Positions 48,435-60,440 of a stretch of 64,000 nt of DNA are shown here, one piece after another. The notes beneath the pieces were generated by a model. That model saw only the letters and a list, made by a program, of their open reading frames with translations. It did not search any database and had not been told where the DNA came from. How positions within the stretch are numbered: position 1 is the first letter of the stretch; each line of letters starts with the position of its first letter. Source of the DNA: Octopus bimaculoides (lineage: Eukaryota). The stretch covers positions 83,610,421 through 83,674,420 of the forward strand of contig NC_068983.1 of assembly GCF_001194135.2 (NCBI RefSeq), read 5' to 3'. The translations under genes and the position numbers were made by a program.

Positions 48435-50694
48435 CACGCACACACACAAAATATAATACAGAAGGGTATTGAAATACCACTTGCTATGAACAGAGCTGTC
48501 GCTCTAAACAACAATTTACTCACTATAAAAATACAGAGGTTGTGGCCATTCTTGAGCACAACCATTTGTGTGATTGCTAAGTTATTTCATATAAGTACAA
48601 GCATGGCTGTGTGGTAAGAAGTTTGCCTCTCAACCATATGGTTCTGTGTTCCATCTCACTTCATAGGACTTTGGGTTAGAGTCTTCTACTACAGTTTCAG
48701 GTTGACCAAAGCCTTGTGAGTAGATCTGGTAAATGGAAACCGAAAGAAGCCTGTCATATATATATATGTGTGTGTGTGTGTATTTGTATCTTTTTGTCCC
48801 CCACCACTGCTTAACAACTGGTGTTGGTGTATTTATGTCTCTGTACTTAGCAGTTTGGCAAAATGACTGACAGACTAAATACCAGGTTTAAAAAATAATA
48901 AGTACTGGAGTTGAGTCATTTGACTAAAATTCTTTATGATAGTACTCCAGCATGGCCACAGTCTAATGACTCAAACAAGTAAAAGATAAATGATAAAAGA
49001 GGCATATATGGTTCAGCTAACGCACACAAATATATGGAAAAATGAACATAAAAATGGCAATAATGATAATGTAGCTTGTAGTGAAGGAATTGAGGATTAG
49101 AATTTTGAAGACATTTGGCAAATAAATGGTGTATTTTATGGAATAATTTCAAGCTCTTCATTTCTATTTCAACCAAACAGCAAAATAGCAGAGTCAATAG
49201 GGTACTGCACAGAATGCTTGTTTGACCCAAGGCTATAGTAGAAGACACTTGCCCAAGGAGCATTGCAGTGTGACTGAATCTGGAACCATGTGATCGGGAA
49301 GCAAACTTCACACAGCCACACCTGCACCTATTGATGACTTTTACTTTTGTTTGTTTCAACCAGAGGTTGTGGCCATTCTTGAACACTACTATTGGTGTGA
49401 TTGCTAAGTTATTTCATTTCTTTTCCACAGCTCTGCCTCCATATTTGGTTCTGGTTTCATAGTTACAAAATCAGCGATTGTATGACACTGTTTTCTATAT
49501 ATTGAAAGAGAGGTAAACTGCTGCCATGCCTGGAGATTCAATACACCACCAAAGAGATCCAAAACTGATTGAAACCACATGGTCTGGTGGTCTCAAAGCC
49601 AGGGTGGCAGGAGTTATCTCCCACTTGCAATAAATACCAGGTACAAGAAGCACAATGAATAAACCAGCTGGAGGAGATATCTCCTCCAGCCAATACCTAG
49701 ATGCCACCCCCCCCTAATACCTAGATGCCCAGGGCAGTTGCCCCCTCCACACCCCTATAAATCCAGCCCTGGTGACAAATATTAACTAGTAAATTTCAGT
49801 GTTATATTTAATTTTACAATGACTCAACATTCAAATGCGTAGCATAAGAGTTAGTTGATTGAGGAGTTTTAATTAATAATCTAACATAATTTGGGAAGAG
49901 GGGTTATTCAATGAAATTGATATTCTATTGGCTATTTTATTTTGTTGACCCCCAGAAGAATGAAATTATTGTGTCACAAATACGAATCAATAAAAAAAGA
50001 TGAGAATGAAAAGAGTTGCAATGTTGAATGAGAATGAAAAGAGTTGCAATGGTGTGCCAAAGTAACTGGAAATGAATATTGTTTAGAATGCTGATATTAA
50101 ACCCTCTCATACAAACCTAAGTTAATACCTGTTAGTTTTTAGTGTGTATTATTACATGCTGGAAGCTAAAGAAAAATAGAGTCTACATTCTTTAACAGAA
50201 TATAGATTTTGCCTTCAATAAGCTTTTACTATCAATTAGCAGGCCTAAACATTTTTTTATATCAAAAAGAATAAATGCTATGTTGAATTATACAAATATA
50301 GATAATAGATTTTCACATATGAAATATAATTTGAGAGTGAAATGGGAACATTACTTGTTTGGTTACTGATAGGAAAAGGGAGGAACTTTTATAAAGCTCA
50401 GAAAATTAATGTCAGTCAGACCTTTACAAGAATTAAATAATATGGAAAAGAAAGTAAATATGATAAAAACTATTTGTTTTTTTAACTATCACAGCATAAT
50501 AAATGATTCTTCTAAAATTGGTCTAAGAACTTTTACCAAATCTTTATTGCTGAAATACAGAAATTAACTATGCAAACAACAAAATATAGTCCCACCACAG
50601 CTTTTACCATTTTATAAATACTGATTTATGTTGCATAAGCAAAAGCAACTTGTGTTGTGATAATCTTTATTGGTGAAAGAAACTGAGAGAAGTT

Positions 50695-50726
<32 letters not shown>

Positions 50727-50849
50727 GAATGTATTTGGTTTGGTTTTACACCAAGTCACCAGGAATTTGTTTAGTATGGATGTTGGTTTAGCCAGAATGT
50801 AAAAGCAACAAAAACAAAGCTAAATATTTGTGCAACTTTACTGTCAAAG

Positions 50850-50910
50850 GTATCTCCAAATGGTTGCAGTTGGTTGATGCCTTGTTGAACAATGCCACCC
50901 AGAGAAACAG
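50850..50910 (+). CDS. 61-nt exon (ISKWLQLVDALLNNATQRN)
   Basis: ctttactgtcaaag acceptor, CAG|gtgttt donor; phase 1 to 2 links 44996 to 51545. Confidence 0.5.
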
Positions 50911-51544
50911 GTGTTTATCTTGATATCTGTGGCACAGTAACTTTAGAAAGGGAAATAAACTGTTAGAATTTATTTTAGGCTTCTTGGGTTGCCATTTAAA
51001 TCTTATACATATCAGATTCTTACCCTTCTGATTAGTGGTATGAGGGTGTAAAAGGGTACAATGTCAACTTAGAAAAAAAATGGGTCAAACGTTTCTTTAA
51101 ACTGACAATCAAATCTAATGCTTGTATTCTTTTCAACCCCTACTCTTTGAACAGTGTTACTATTCGACAGAACAGATTTCAACTAGAATTCAGAACACTT
51201 ATCATGAGAGTAAATAAAACATACAAAAGTAAGCAATAAAATCTAGACTATATAATCTGCTGAGTTTATAGTTAGCTTCTAAATATACAAGCAATTATTG
51301 GTGTATAACACATCTACTTAACCAGAATGTAATGGAACTTCTATATAATTATTTGATCTACCTATTTAAGAACCAAATTTTGATGATCTTTAAAAATTGG
51401 TGAATCACAGTTAATTAACAAGCAACAATAATTATAAGGCTGTATTATTGCTATTAATGATGAGTAGCTCTGCTTGAAAAGATATTTCTAAAGAAGAATA
51501 TTATGCAATTTATATTTCAATTTTTCTTTTTTTTTTTTTTGCAG

Positions 51545-51575
51545 GGTAGAATCAACATTAAATAGATCTCTCTGA
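51545..51575 (+). CDS. Terminal coding exon (RVESTLNRSL*)
   Basis: T-run-gcag acceptor; TGA at 51573-51575 in the compatible phase. Confidence 0.5.
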
Positions 51576-51605
51576 TCACTTACCTTGTCTGATTTTAACT
51601 AAAGA

Positions 51606-51611
51606 AATAAA
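51606..51611 (+). promoter_or_regulatory. Putative polyadenylation signal
   Basis: AATAAA 31 nt after the stop, followed by a GT/T-rich stretch (CTTTGTTGTACTTTCATTGTT). Confidence 0.4.
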
Positions 51612-53109
51612 AATCTTTGTTGTACTTTCATTGTTCCACTTTGTCTATAAAGTTTTTCCTTTTTTTCTCTCAAATTTTTATTTCGTTAACATTTTTTTTA
51701 CCTATAATTTTCAAAAAGTCACCATTGATATAACATTAGTGATTTAATATAAACTTTCTAACGTTGGAATATATATTAGAGTTTAAGCAACAACATATCT
51801 TAAGTCATTCTTTTTCTATGATATATCTTCCTAAGACAATTCTCATATATACTCTTGAACTAATATTTAACTTTCCATCAGTTTATGGTACATATTTATA
51901 CAACATGCATCACTAATATGCACATTGATTTCTTCCTCTGTTCTGTTCTTTCACCACTTTCAAACTGCCATCATCACTATAACCACTGCCACTACAACTG
52001 TTACTTAGCAGAATGTAACCCACTGAAATTAAAGAAATTAATGCTTAAGCTTTTTCATACTCACCTGCTTAATGTCACATTGGTTCTGTCATACAAAATT
52101 ATCTGCTTTAATTTGTCTATAAGCGTATATAAGAAGCCCTTAGTTAAGCTATATTCCAATATATTGGTGATTAGTTATTTAACTTACCCCCTCAAAATTC
52201 TTGATTATTCTAAAAAATTTTCTGAAACATGCAGAGACTGTATGATCACAGAGGTGTTAATTACTTCAAAAGAATAGAATGTGTTGAATATCTGAAAGGA
52301 TAATATATTTATTCAACAGATAAAATAATATAAATTTCTGTCTAATGCAGTGATCTGGCAGAATCATTAGCATGCCAGGCAAAATGCTTAGCAGCATTTC
52401 GTCTGTTTTTACATTCTGGGATCAAATTCCATTGAAGTTGACTTTGACTTTTATCTTTTCAGGGTCAGTGAAATAAGTATCAGTTGAACACCAGGGTCGA
52501 TGTAATTGACTTATCCCCTCTCCGAAACTGCTGGCATTGTGCCAAAATGTGGAATCTATGTGAATTTCAGCCTACTTTACTTTGTGGCAGAATAACTGTA
52601 GAAATCCTTAATATATTACTCAACATGTGTGTGTAACATTTCTACAACTAAATAAATTAAGACAGTAATGACTTCCTTCTTACTTGTTTTTGTAAGGAAA
52701 TATTCAGTCAACAGATGAAGAATTATAAATCTCAGGCAGCTACCTTTATTAGTGGCAGAAATAACAGTAAAAATCTTTAATTTTGATCATTGCCCTATAT
52801 ATGTGCAACACATCCGCAACTGAACAAATGAACTAACAGAGCAATGACTTCCTTCTGCATTGTTTTTGTAAGAAAAACTTCCTTGGAGTCTGAGTTGATT
52901 ACAGTATTACCTCATACATAATCTTCTGACTGAAAGTTAATTTCCAGCTTGTCCTTTGCTAAAACAGTTGTTTTGTTTCTGTCTGGTTAAAAGAAACCAG
53001 ATGAAGGCAATAAGAAATGAACAAATAATTTAACTAGGTTTTTCAGTCTAATGTTTCATAATAGGCTTGTTTAGATAAGGCTAACATTTTCATTCCATAT
53101 TTAATTTTT

Positions 53110-53240
53110 AGCTATAAATCCTGCATGCTTGAAGAGGCAGTGTAAACACTGGTTACAGAGATATTCAAAATTGAACAGAAGGTCAGTCCTGATGCAGTCA
53201 TTTGGGATGCATTTGCTAAGGCAGTGGGGAAATATTCAAA
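53110..53240 (+). mobile_element. Possible L1/Tx1 LINE fossil
   Basis: TLVTEIFKIEQKVSPDAVIWDAFAKAVGKYSK resembles the L1 EN-RT linker (.WDA.K...G...YS). Confidence 0.35.
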
Positions 53241-54568
53241 ACTCTCTCTCTCTCTCTCTCTCCATCCCCCTCCTTCTTTTTTCTCTCTCTTTTCTTCCTC
53301 TCTCATCTAAGTAAATATTACATTTGGAAACTTAAGTACCAGATGTTGAAAACTTATTTGCTTTGCCAAGCTGAAAGAAGGAAACAAGTTTGAAACTAAA
53401 GATTTAATAACATAAATATGTTACAAAATAAATTAGATTGATTTAAACTAAATATAACTAAATTTATTTCAGTATTTAATTTTATTTGTATTTTCTTGAA
53501 ATTTTTTATAGTTCTAATTTTTTATTAAAACTTTTATTGCATGACATTTATTTTTAATCTTGATTTCTCTTTTGCACAGTTCAAAAAGTTTTTTTTTAAA
53601 TTAAGAATGAATTGTTTGCAGATTTATGAAATAATAGTTAACAACTAATGCTTTGAAATATAGTTATTATTATTTTGATATTTAACAGAAGTAGAATATT
53701 TCAGAGCAATTTTTACTTCTCTTCGCTTAATGCACAATAAATTAATATTTCAAAATAAAGCTTGTTACAAATTATAATATTATGATAAAAATCATACACA
53801 AATGTACACAACTGCACACACACACACACACACACACTCACATGCACGTGCATGTGCACATAAACATACGCAGAGAGCATGCAAGAATGTTAATTAAGTT
53901 TTATTTGCGTAGAAACTTAACTTTAAACTGAAAAATCTATTTTTAGTCTTTATCTACCAATAAACCATTTCATTAAGAGACAGGTAACTAAAAAAATAAT
54001 GATTTACAGTGATATATATTCATAAAGTGGGGTAAATATGATTATGTGCTGTGTATGCCTTTCTTAAATGATTAGTGATATAAGTGAAGTGAAATGGCTC
54101 AACCAGGAAGAAAAATCATATCATGACTTTGACTCACTCCAATCTAACTTCCACTCTGCATCCCTTCCTAGAGGAAATTAAATGCTTTTTCCTTTTCTTT
54201 CTTACCTTTTTTTTTTTTTTTTTTGATTTTTAACAAATAACATCATTGTTTCTTTATCTTAGGCAAGGTTTGAAGAGGAAAGAATAAAGAATAATTTACT
54301 GAATTTTTGACGGTTAAAAATTTTATTTAGATGTGGTTAAATGTCCTTATGTTGGTGGTGGTTGCAGCAGTGGCAGTGGTGGTAGTGGTAGTGGTGACAG
54401 TGGCAACGGTGGCAACAGTGGCAACAGTGGCAGTTAGCAGTGGCAAAGGTGATGGTGGTGGTGGTGGTGGTAAGGAAGAAGAGGAAAACAGTAATGTTCA
54501 AAAAATTATTTTAATTTTTGATAAAATATAGCATTCGAAATTTCAACAGGGAGAAGAAAAGTTTATTC

Positions 54569-54602
<34 letters not shown>

Positions 54603-56585
54603 TGATGATGATGATGATGATGATAATAACAGAATCTAACAAATAAAATTATATTCTGTTTTGTTAAGAAATCAAAAATTGTAAACTTTTAATATTATAT
54701 AGGAAATTTTTGCTGCCACCAGAAAGATTTTAAAACAGTTGCCTTCAGCTTTCTGGGAGAGGGATCCTTCAATTCAGATTTAAAGATATTCAGATTCTCT
54801 TAAAATTTAGTCATCTATATTTTTGTGAAAATCTTTACATTTCAAGTGAAAGAAAATGAGAGTGAATGGACACTCATAATAAAGAACAATAAATGTTATT
54901 CAAAACGTAAAAATAAAATCACTTCTACTTAAATAACAGGCAAACTTTGCCCATTATAAAATTACTTGATAAATAGAAATGTAAAAATCTCAGTTAAAGT
55001 TCTGCTAAAACAATTAAACAGTGCTTTTAATAGTAGTCGTTTCAATGGCATTTTTCTGTTTTTGTTCTAAAAATCTTTACAGTTTTAAGTTTAGTGATCA
55101 GATCATGAACTCTAAAAATGCTTAGCCAGTAAAATAATAGATGACAAATTTGAACAACACATTATAATGAACCAGTATTAGTTTTATGCTAAGCACAATG
55201 GTATGAGTGTTGTTTGCTAAATGTATGGCAGGCATGATTAGATGACTTATCTTCACTAATCATAACAAATTTAACTTATCCATTTAGTACTTCATTCATA
55301 ATTATTTTAGCATATGTTTGTTTTTTTAATGCAGATATAGATATGCCATCAATATTTCATCTTTTTTTAATGCATTATAATAGCATCATACCTGAAAAGT
55401 ATACATTTCTGATATGTCATAATATCAATTAGCTTTTAAGGTGGTGAGCTAATCCTAACCCTAACCCTAATTGTTTGTACAAGGGGCAAAATGTTTCATG
55501 TCATTTCATCCATCTTCACGTTCTGAGTTCAAATTCCACCAAGGTTGTCTTTGTCTTTCATCCTTGCAGGGTGGATAAAATAAGTACCAGTTAGGGTTGC
55601 TATTATCAACTTACCCACTGCCCCAAAATTGCTGGGCTTGTGCCAAAATTTTAAATCATTATTCATTAGTTTTTAATCCCAACCTATCTCACATAGACAT
55701 GGAATTTCTTCAGAATGTAAGTGTCAGACATTCACAGTATAACCTTAGACTAGACACCTCACCAGCATATGTTGACCTACATCTTCATTGATTTCACTTT
55801 CTTAATTTCATTTTTTTTAAAGTTCAAATTACATACTGAATGCACTTTATTCTATTCATCAACTTCAATTACTGAAGATCGTCAGCAATTACTACCTGTG
55901 TGTCCATGAAATGCAGAACCACACATTTGAAATACTTTCATTCAATAAAAATCAGTGAAGGCACATGGCTTAGTGGTTAAGGTCATGAGTTCAATTTCTG
56001 GTGGTGTACTGTACCCTAGAGCAAAACACTTTATTTTACACTGCTCCAATCCACTCAGCTGGCAAAAATGAATTGCACCTCTATTTCAAAGAGCCAGCCT
56101 TGTCCCATTCTGTATCATGCTGAATCTCCCTGAGGACCACATAACAGTATGTGTGACTGTGGAGTACTCAACCACTTGCACATTAATTTCATGAGCAGGC
56201 TGTTCTGTTGATTTGATCAACTGGAATCCTTATTGTCGTAACTGACAGAGTACCTGTCAATGAATATCTTTCATCCTTTAACCCCATCCCTAAAACTGTC
56301 CCCAACTCTATAATCAATTATAATTAACACAAATTAATAACATAACTTACCTCTTACTTATTTTGGATATTAACACGAGAAAAATATTTTAACATTTTCA
56401 TATTGCAGAAGCAAGTAATTTACAGACATATGCTATTAGAGTGAAAATTGTATTGCCAGTCAGACAAGCTGAAGTATGTATAATGATATATTTGTCCACC
56501 AAACACTACCTATTAACTATAATGATCATTATCATATATTTATAGTCAATAAATTTTTATTATGGATAAAATTATTACTAACTTA

Positions 56586-56830
56586 TATTCAGATATCATC
56601 ATCATCATTGTTTTTACATCCATTTTCCATGCTTGCATTGGTTGGATGGATAATCTCCAGCAGAGCATCTTGCCACTTGTTGCAACCTTTTATCACCTCA
56701 TTTGTGAGGTTCATATTCTTGAGATCAACTTTCACCACTCTTTTCAGGTCTTCCTTATTCATCTTCTTCCACAGGCTTCTACCACTTGGCACTTGGCACC
56801 ACTCAACTCTCATTTTCCACATACATCATA
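56586..56830 (-). mobile_element. RTE LINE 3' end
   Basis: VVKVDLKNMNLTNE....KWQ.ALLE..HPTNASME followed by a (GAT)n tail. Confidence 0.7.
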
Positions 56831-57113
56831 TCCATATCAATGTGCTCTTCTGTCTTCTATACTAAATTTGATTTCTCTTTTAATCTATGTTTTCTCTCAG
56901 TGCATATGTTCTTTGTTATTCATACTTGATTGTTTGCTTGCTTCGTGGTGTTGTTTGATGGGGCTGGGGTCATCCCAGGTTTGTGGTCCCAGAGGTATCA
57001 TTGTACATAGAGCTGACCAGGTCCACCAGTGCTCCCCATCGCAGGTGGTCATGTACTAGCTCCTCTGCATCCTCCAAAGTGACATTGGGGCTCTAAAGAC
57101 CTTCCTTAATCAT

Positions 57114-57226
57114 GTTCAGTGCAGGCCTACCATGGGGTGCAAGCCTACCATCTAGTAGTTCAGTGCAGGCCTATCATGGGGTGCAAGCCTACCATCTAGT
57201 AGTTCAGTGCAGGCCTACCATGGGGT
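57114..57226. repeat. 44-bp tandem repeat, 2.5 copies
   Basis: Unit GTTCAGTGCAGGCCTACCATGGGGTGCAAGCCTACCATCTAGTA starting at 57114, 57158 and 57202. Confidence 0.95.
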
Positions 57227-57309
57227 CTCCTCCAGCCTGCAGCTGCTACATCAATTGAGAGTGAGGCCCCGATAGGATGATCTGGTAGGGGGCAGAGGAC
57301 ATGTCCATA

Positions 57310-57620
57310 TTAGTGCATGTGACAAATAGCTTTGAAAATATGCTGGTACCATCTGATGTTCTTGATGGTTCTTAGGACTCTACTATTGAAGCTGTTGATC
57401 TTATTTGCCTGGGTTTTCATAAGGGGCCACATTTCTGCTCCACAGCGGAGAATGGAGAGGACTAACACATTCTCCAGGAAATAAGCAGTGACACCAAAGG
57501 AGCTTCCATGGGGAGTACATAACCCCAATGGCCAGGCCACATCTGTGGTTGATCTCCAGACTGTATTGCTTTTCATGGAGCCTAACATAACACATGCAAC
57601 AGTGCATGCTTGTCTCATTT
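57310..57620 (-). mobile_element. LINE RT C-terminal fossil (partly duplicated at 59144-59315)
   Basis: VLSILRCGAEMWPLMKTQANKINSFNSRVLRTIKNIRWYQHI. Confidence 0.75.
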
Positions 57621-58074
57621 CTTGCTAGCCTTCAAATATTCTCCACATTCAAGCGTCATACAATCAGTCCTTCAGTGGGAGATAGCAGCTCTCTAAACCT
57701 GTTCTTGCTCCACTAATTAGGTCACTTATATAGCAGAAGCTATCCACTATTTTTAGTAAGCATTCCAAACATTTAAAGGGATTCTTATAACTAATTTCTT
57801 TTATGCATCTGTTACACATAAAGTCCCTTCTCTCTGTCAGCTTACCTGTGATCCCATTGCATTTCTTCTAAAGTATCAGGATAACTGTCCCAGGCAACAA
57901 ACCCTTTATAAATATTAAATATGCAATTATTAATGTTTTACAGTTATTAATTATGCAATATTAATAATAATTATTAATTATGCATTTATCCATGTTTGAA
58001 ATTTATATATGCAATTAATAAAGTATGCAATTATTAATTATAATTATAAATTATGTAATTATTAACATTTGCAG

Positions 58075-58216
58075 TTGTGATGGTGATGATGATGATGATG
58101 ATGACGACGATGACGATGACGACAACAACGATGACAATGACAACGATGACGATGATGATAATGACAATGACAACGATGACGATGATGATAATGACAATGA
58201 CAATGATGATGATGAT
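58075..58216. repeat. (GAT/GAC/AAT)n compound microsatellite with a 30-bp higher-order unit
   Basis: Direct reading. Confidence 0.9.
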
Positions 58217-58499
58217 TATGCACATATTAATGTTTGCAATTAATATTTGCCATTATTAATGATTGTAATTATTGTGAGTATAATCTTTCATTTGCAATTT
58301 TAGTGGTATAATTACAATAACATAAGAATGTAAGTCTTATAACTAGATATTACTTCTTGTTGCATAACATAGAAACATGAAAAAAAAATCCTTGTTAGTT
58401 TCATTAATATTTATTCGATTTTTGCTGTGACTGGATTTAAGAGATTAGCCAAGTATTCTCTACACTTCTCAAAAATGCTCTTCTCCATAATGAGAACAT

Positions 58500-58800
58500 C
58501 AGCCAAGTTCATAATGGCAGGTGAGGAAGAGAGTTTGAATACAAGTGGCCAAAATGGGATTTCTCCAAAGGATCTCAAGAATAATGTTACTCAACAGGAT
58601 GCATAGCTCAAAAATGAAGGAGTTTCCCAACGTTGAGTCACTATTTCTCTGCATTGAGAGATCACAGTTCTAGTACAACAGACATGTGATCAGAATGTCA
58701 CATAAAAGAATCACAAGACATATTCTTCAAGCCAAGCCAATCAGCAGGATACCTAAGGGTAGACCAAGAATGAAATGGTTGGATAATATCTATTGTCTCA
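58500..58800 (+). mobile_element. LINE ORF C-terminal fossil
   Basis: RHVIRMSHKRITRHILQAKPISRIPKGRPRMKWLDNI. Confidence 0.7.
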
Positions 58801-60074
58801 TTTGGTTGTGGTTAGGAATCCAGCCATAAAGTCTAATGAATGTTACTTCTGATAGGACCCTATGGGGGAGATGCCTGAAAACTCTAACCCCATGAATCTC
58901 CAAGGAATAGTGGGCAGAGAAGACAATTAGATGGATGGATTATTTATTTGTACCACCATAGTGGTGTTTTCTTCTTAATTAGAGAGACTTCTTAATTAGA
59001 GACATTTCTTAATTAAAGAAATTATTCAGAGGGAAATTAATTAGGAATAGTTGTCCTATAGGGGTAATAGTGTATGGAACAATTTCAGAAGCAATTACTC
59101 CAGGCAAGTTGTCACAGAACCCTCTTCGTTCTTTGAATCAGTAGATGTTCTCGATGGTTCTCAAGACTCTACTATTGAAGCTGTTGATCCTATTTGCCTG
59201 GGTCTTCATGAGAGGCCACATTTCTGCTCCACAGAGGAGAATGGAGAGGACTAACACATTCTCCAGGAAATAAGCAGTGACACCAAAGGAGCTTCCATAG
59301 GGAGTACATAAACCCAGCTCTGAAAAGCTCAGGACCTTTTCAGAGATTCTGGAACTGATGGAAGGCTATCTCAAACTGGAGACTTGGTCTGAATGTTTGC
59401 AACAGAGTAGACTCTGCAAAAGGCATCCAAAGTGCCAAGTGATGGTGCTAAACTGGGCAACCAATTCAGTTAACCACCCAAGTAGACCCTAGTGGGATTT
59501 GAGCAAAGAATGCAACAAGCTGGAACAATTACCACTCAGCATGTTGTCTGATGTTCTAAGAGTTGAATTGGGATTTTTTTAATCAATCCTGATAGAATGA
59601 AATGAAATGTTAACCTCAGCAGGATTTAAATTCAGAACACAGGGAAATGGAACAAATACCTGAGACATTCTATCCAATGCTCTAATGATTCTGCCAGTTC
59701 AGCAGAGTTGATAAATGTTACACTGTACAGAATTCCTCTATTCATTTTCTGCCTACTAAAGCATGACAACAAAACTTTTTCTCATAGATTTACTTTGAAG
59801 CCTCTCAAACAAATACCTTGCTTCCTCATGGGAAATTTTTTTCTCTAATTCTTTGACAGATTTAATTAAGAGAACTAGATCAATATACAAAAAGTGTTCC
59901 TATGGTGATGCCACAGATTGCTGTTTGAAACAGGTAAAAGGATATGAACAGCTGGTCTGAAACTGTTATAACCTGGATAAATATAATAAACATTAGGAAC
60001 AACAAGAATTAAAACCTGATGGAATTAAAATCAACTTGCATGTTAAGTGTCTTATTGAACTCATTGTTAGTACT

Positions 60075-60440
60075 CACCTTGCTCACAGCATTTTTGTATA
60101 TGGTGTACAAGTCATGCAAATCATTGATGTACACATAGCATTCTTAGCATACACCAGACCACTGGACATGGCACCTTGTCAAAGTCCTTTTCCAGGTTAA
60201 TGAATGTTAGGTGTGGTGGTTTGCGTTTAGCCCAGAACTTTTTCTGAAGTCGTCTCAAGAAAATACTTTGCTCTTTTCATACCTTGCCCTTTGTTTTGTT
60301 ATGCTTTCTATCATCTCATCTTTTATTTAAGTTGACTCTCTTTCTAATCATGTCCACTGTAACTCTTTCTACCTCTTTCATAACTTCATCAATTTGATGC
60401 TTCTGTTGTTACTTCTTTTGTAGATCATCTTCTTTATCTC
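60075..60440 (-). mobile_element. RTE RT fossil
   Basis: FINLEKDFDKVP..VVWCMLRML (cf. FIDLEKAFDRVP..WWALRKL). Confidence 0.7.

Noticed and set aside
53112-53181. + strand exon AINPACLKRQCKHWLQRYSKLNR
   Set aside because: Good splice-like sites, but it lies beyond the predicted poly(A) site and another frame resembles an L1/Tx1 fossil.
57900-58070. Repeated TATGCAAT motifs as a POU/octamer site cluster
   Set aside because: Embedded in degenerate AT-rich low-complexity repeat; expected from slippage.
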